A DNA stretch of 17,201 nucleotides. It comes from an uncultured Pseudomonadota bacterium (GTDB lineage Bacteria > SAR324 > NAC60-12). Shown here piece after piece: positions 14,791-17,201 of the stretch. Every line of letters begins with the position of its first letter. Position 1 is the stretch's first letter. Made by a program: the position numbers and the translations under genes. The stretch spans positions 1 to 17,201 of the forward strand of contig CAJWCD010000081.1 of the NCBI GenBank assembly GCA_913020725.1, written 5' to 3'. The notes beneath the pieces are model-generated. The model made no database searches. It was not told the DNA's origin and saw only the letters and a program-made list of their open reading frames with translations.

Positions 14791-15657
14791 TCAGTAGCCG
14801 CGAATCTGGAAGAGCGCACGATCCACAGCATCACGGATGCGCTCGCTAGGATGTGTTGCGAGAGCTTCCAATGTTTCCGCAGCGCGGACATCTTTCAGTT
14901 TTCCAAGAATGCGAATGTGCAACTCCAGCACACGAACATCCACCGTGTCATTTTTGTAGCCTGTAATACTGTCCAGTGTCGGACTGACACCCATACTACC
15001 AAGCCGTCCAATGGCTTCCGCTACCTGCCCAGCGACCTCTTCGTCTTCCAAATAAGGGAGCATTAGCGTTGCAACCTTCGGGTTGCGCATGCGCTGGAGC
15101 AGCTTGAAGGTGTCTCGGTTCACAAAGAATGATTTCCCCTTCAAAGTCGCAATCAAAGCTTCTGAAGCAGGAGCGCCGACTTGCAGCAGGACTTGCCGAT
15201 ACACGCCTCGATTGGCTTTCTGTGACGGCATCGTGTAGAGTTGCACCAGTTTATCCAGCGCGGCAGCGCCATAGCTGGCCAAAGCTCCTCCCGCTGCCTG
15301 TATCACATCAGGGTCTGCTTTAGGAAGCAGATCCAGCAACGGCTGGATGCCGGGTTCATAGACATTGGCACCGAGACCCCGCACAGCTTCCGTCTGCACC
15401 ACGGGGCTTGCATCGCGCAAAGCAAGGACAAGGAGTTTGCCGGCGCGGTCGTTGCCGACTTTCCCAGCAATCCGAACCGCTCGTTGCCGCACTTTCGGAT
15501 CTTCATGCTCCATTAATTTTTCGGCTGCATCCAATGCCTCTTCTTCTTGCCCGTTGCGGTAAAGCGACTCGGCATCCTCAATGGTCTTTGTGCAGCCTCC
15601 AATTCCTACAAAGAAGAAGGCAAGCGCCGCTAACAGAATCCTAGTTTGAATCTTCAT
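14791..15657 (-). CDS. HEAT/PBS-lyase-like repeat lipoprotein
   Basis: GGAG SD 7 nt before ATG 15657; signal peptide with lipobox IGGC; repeats DPKVRQRAVRIAGKVG, SPVVQTEAVRGLG, DPDVIQAAGGALASYG and SERIRDAVDRAL. Confidence 0.85.
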   Translation of the reverse strand: MKIQTRILLAALAFFFVGIGGCTKTIEDAESLYRNGQEEEALDAAEKLMEHEDPKVRQRAVRIAGKVGNDRAGKLLVLALRDASPVVQTEAVRGLGANVYEPGIQPLLDLLPKADPDVIQAAGGALASYGAAALDKLVQLYTMPSQKANRGVYRQVLLQVGAPASEALIATLKGKSFFVNRDTFKLLQRMRNPKVATLMLPYLEDEEVAGQVAEAIGRLGSMGVSPTLDSITGYKNDTVDVRVLELHIRILGKLKDVRAAETLEALATHPSERIRDAVDRALFQIRGY

Positions 15658-15674
15658 ATTTGTTCTCCAATAAT

Positions 15675-17051
15675 TCACGGGTGTTCAATGACAATATCCT
15701 TTAACTCCGGAGCAACACGAGGTTCCTTGAAATCAATCTGTTGTCCATCAAGAATCCCCATCAGCAGATCCGCCAAGCGGTCGGGCTTTCCTGCGTAACG
15801 CACACGAATGGTCACAATCGAAGGCTCAGTTCCTGCCAGCGTATTGTCGTAGTCAATGTATCTGAATTGATCATTTTGTCTCTGATCCAAGGCCGATCTG
15901 AATCTGCGGACGTTGCGACTGTCGAAGCCCTTTAAGACAATTTCATAAGGCATCAGTTTGTCACCCCCCACAGTGATTGTCGACATCTCCTTGATAACCT
16001 GGGGGATGAATTCACGCTTGAGGTCTTGGTAGGTATCTTGTACAAGACCGGTGATCATTGCTGACGGAATGACGTTGGGGCCGCCCCGTCGAGCGACATT
16101 GGCGACGGTGTTTGCGAACGCCCCGCCTCGCCCTGTGGAAATGTTTTTCGCTGTGACGTTGAGGGAAAGAGCAAGATCGCCCTTCGTGTTTCCACTGATT
16201 GAAAAGATATTGACCTCAACCACCACCTTTGCCAGTTGCTGTAGCAGGCTAAGACCGGTTGTATAGAACCCCTCTGCGTTCTGGATCTGCTTGTTGAGCA
16301 ATGCACGGTCTGCTGGACTCCCAGACACTACCGCCAGAAATTGTTCTTTTGATATTTTCCCAAACTGCTCTTTTGTTTTTTCGTCGGTCTGCAGGTGGGT
16401 GACCGCATTCCGAAAATCCATTGCCCGCAATCCTCGCTGGTTCAGGTCGGTTTGAATCTGATTCAGCAGTGCTTCCTCTAAATCACCAAACTGAAACCCT
16501 GATCCTGACAGGTCAATGTCTTTTTTACTGGTGATCACGACCACTAACGTGCTTGAACTGGTGTTGATGAGCTTGAGATCCTTTTGCAAAGCGACAAGAA
16601 CTTTCTGGCGGCTTATCTTAAAAGCAGTGTCAATGCCATAATACTTGTTTGCAAAGATACGCTTCTCAGCTACAATCTCTTTATCGACAACATAACTGTC
16701 TAGGTTTTTAGAAAGATACTCTTCAATTTTTTCAAAATTGTTGTTGTAATTTTCCTCGGTCAGTAACTCCCGGACCATGTCATCCACGGCATAGCTAGTC
16801 GCTTGATTAGTTGCAAGTATCTTCGCTGAACGCAGGTCGTTCTGCTTGATGAATGCTTTTGCTTTGGCACGAATCACTCGAATGTCAGGAGTGCTGTTGC
16901 TTTCCCTAAACGAAATGCGACCGTTGACATCTGCAAGGGTAAGAAAATTTTCGGCCTTGGGCTTGGGTGTCGGTTTTGGCGCGGAAGCACAACCCACCAG
17001 GAGCACAACGAAAAGGATGTGGACTAAGATCCGCAGAAGAGTTTTAGACAT
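15675..17051 (-). CDS. Lipoprotein, 458 aa, with an N-terminal domain resembling FlgT_N/LPP20
   Basis: Lipobox LVGC and a Pro/Lys linker. IRAKAKAFIKQNDLRSAKILATNQATSYAV resembles the FlgT_N/LPP20 strand-helix pattern. The CDS is secure; the domain call is tentative. Confidence 0.8.
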   Translation of the reverse strand: MSKTLLRILVHILFVVLLVGCASAPKPTPKPKAENFLTLADVNGRISFRESNSTPDIRVIRAKAKAFIKQNDLRSAKILATNQATSYAVDDMVRELLTEENYNNNFEKIEEYLSKNLDSYVVDKEIVAEKRIFANKYYGIDTAFKISRQKVLVALQKDLKLINTSSSTLVVVITSKKDIDLSGSGFQFGDLEEALLNQIQTDLNQRGLRAMDFRNAVTHLQTDEKTKEQFGKISKEQFLAVVSGSPADRALLNKQIQNAEGFYTTGLSLLQQLAKVVVEVNIFSISGNTKGDLALSLNVTAKNISTGRGGAFANTVANVARRGGPNVIPSAMITGLVQDTYQDLKREFIPQVIKEMSTITVGGDKLMPYEIVLKGFDSRNVRRFRSALDQRQNDQFRYIDYDNTLAGTEPSIVTIRVRYAGKPDRLADLLMGILDGQQIDFKEPRVAPELKDIVIEHP

Positions 17052-17113
17052 AATTCTTTTTATGAGTTAGGGTTCAAAAAACACTTGAGCGTTGATTTAT
17101 TCGAAAAAAAGGC

Positions 17114-17142
17114 AGTCTAACATTCTTTTTCTTGAATCGCAA
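17114..17142 (-). promoter_or_regulatory. Putative sigma70 promoter TTGCGA-N17-TAGACT with extended -10 TG
   Basis: -35 at 17142-17137, 17-nt spacer ending in TGT, -10 at 17119-17114; AT-rich upstream sequence; about 63 nt before ATG 17051. Confidence 0.6.
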
Positions 17143-17201
17143 GTCATTTATAAATTTCTGCACTGATTTGGTGCAGTTTTTCCAGTTGAAAGTGTTTCAC
17201 T

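Noticed and set aside
17158..17181. Hairpin CTGCAC-N7-GTGCAG followed by T5
   Set aside because: Short 6-bp stem, and no plus-strand gene ends nearby. It could be an operator, but the support is too weak to call.

Overview
Bacterial chromosomal window, GC-rich (~60-65% in spot counts) but clearly more AT-rich after ~14.8 kb. It probably comes from a Gram-negative organism; a deltaproteobacterial/SAR324-like origin is only an impression. The left half is a minus-strand run: membrane protein, MFS transporter, alpha/beta-hydrolase of kynurenine-formamidase type, Rv3722c-type PLP aminotransferase and an MdlB-like ABC exporter half. A fold-type III PLP enzyme of the D-serine dehydratase/amino-acid deaminase family is transcribed divergently from this run. 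The centre (8.1-8.7 kb) is a decayed accessory patch: a CACGGAT-type repeat/hairpin element, a promoter driving a truncated secreted caspase-family gene, a perfect 13-bp inverted repeat and a DUF2442 remnant. Next come a small charged ORF, a secreted protein made almost entirely of 31 MORN repeats, a hypothetical protein, two tandem paralogous small lipoproteins, an RfnT-like MFS, sohB, and two lipoproteins (HEAT-repeat; FlgT_N/LPP20-like). Most notable are (i) a related promoter-RBS-signal-peptide module found twice, each time heading a truncated gene, (ii) an apparently unnamed small lipoprotein family with the motif WND(D)GR[YF]NxxxYxx[VI]HxxxxR[NS]C and a C-terminal Cys, (iii) a heptamer tandem repeat inside the ABC exporter N-terminus, and (iv) a possible formamidase + aminotransferase kynurenine module. 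I saw no rRNA, tRNA, CRISPR array, transposase, integrase or reverse transcriptase. All family calls are by motif recognition; no database searches were run.
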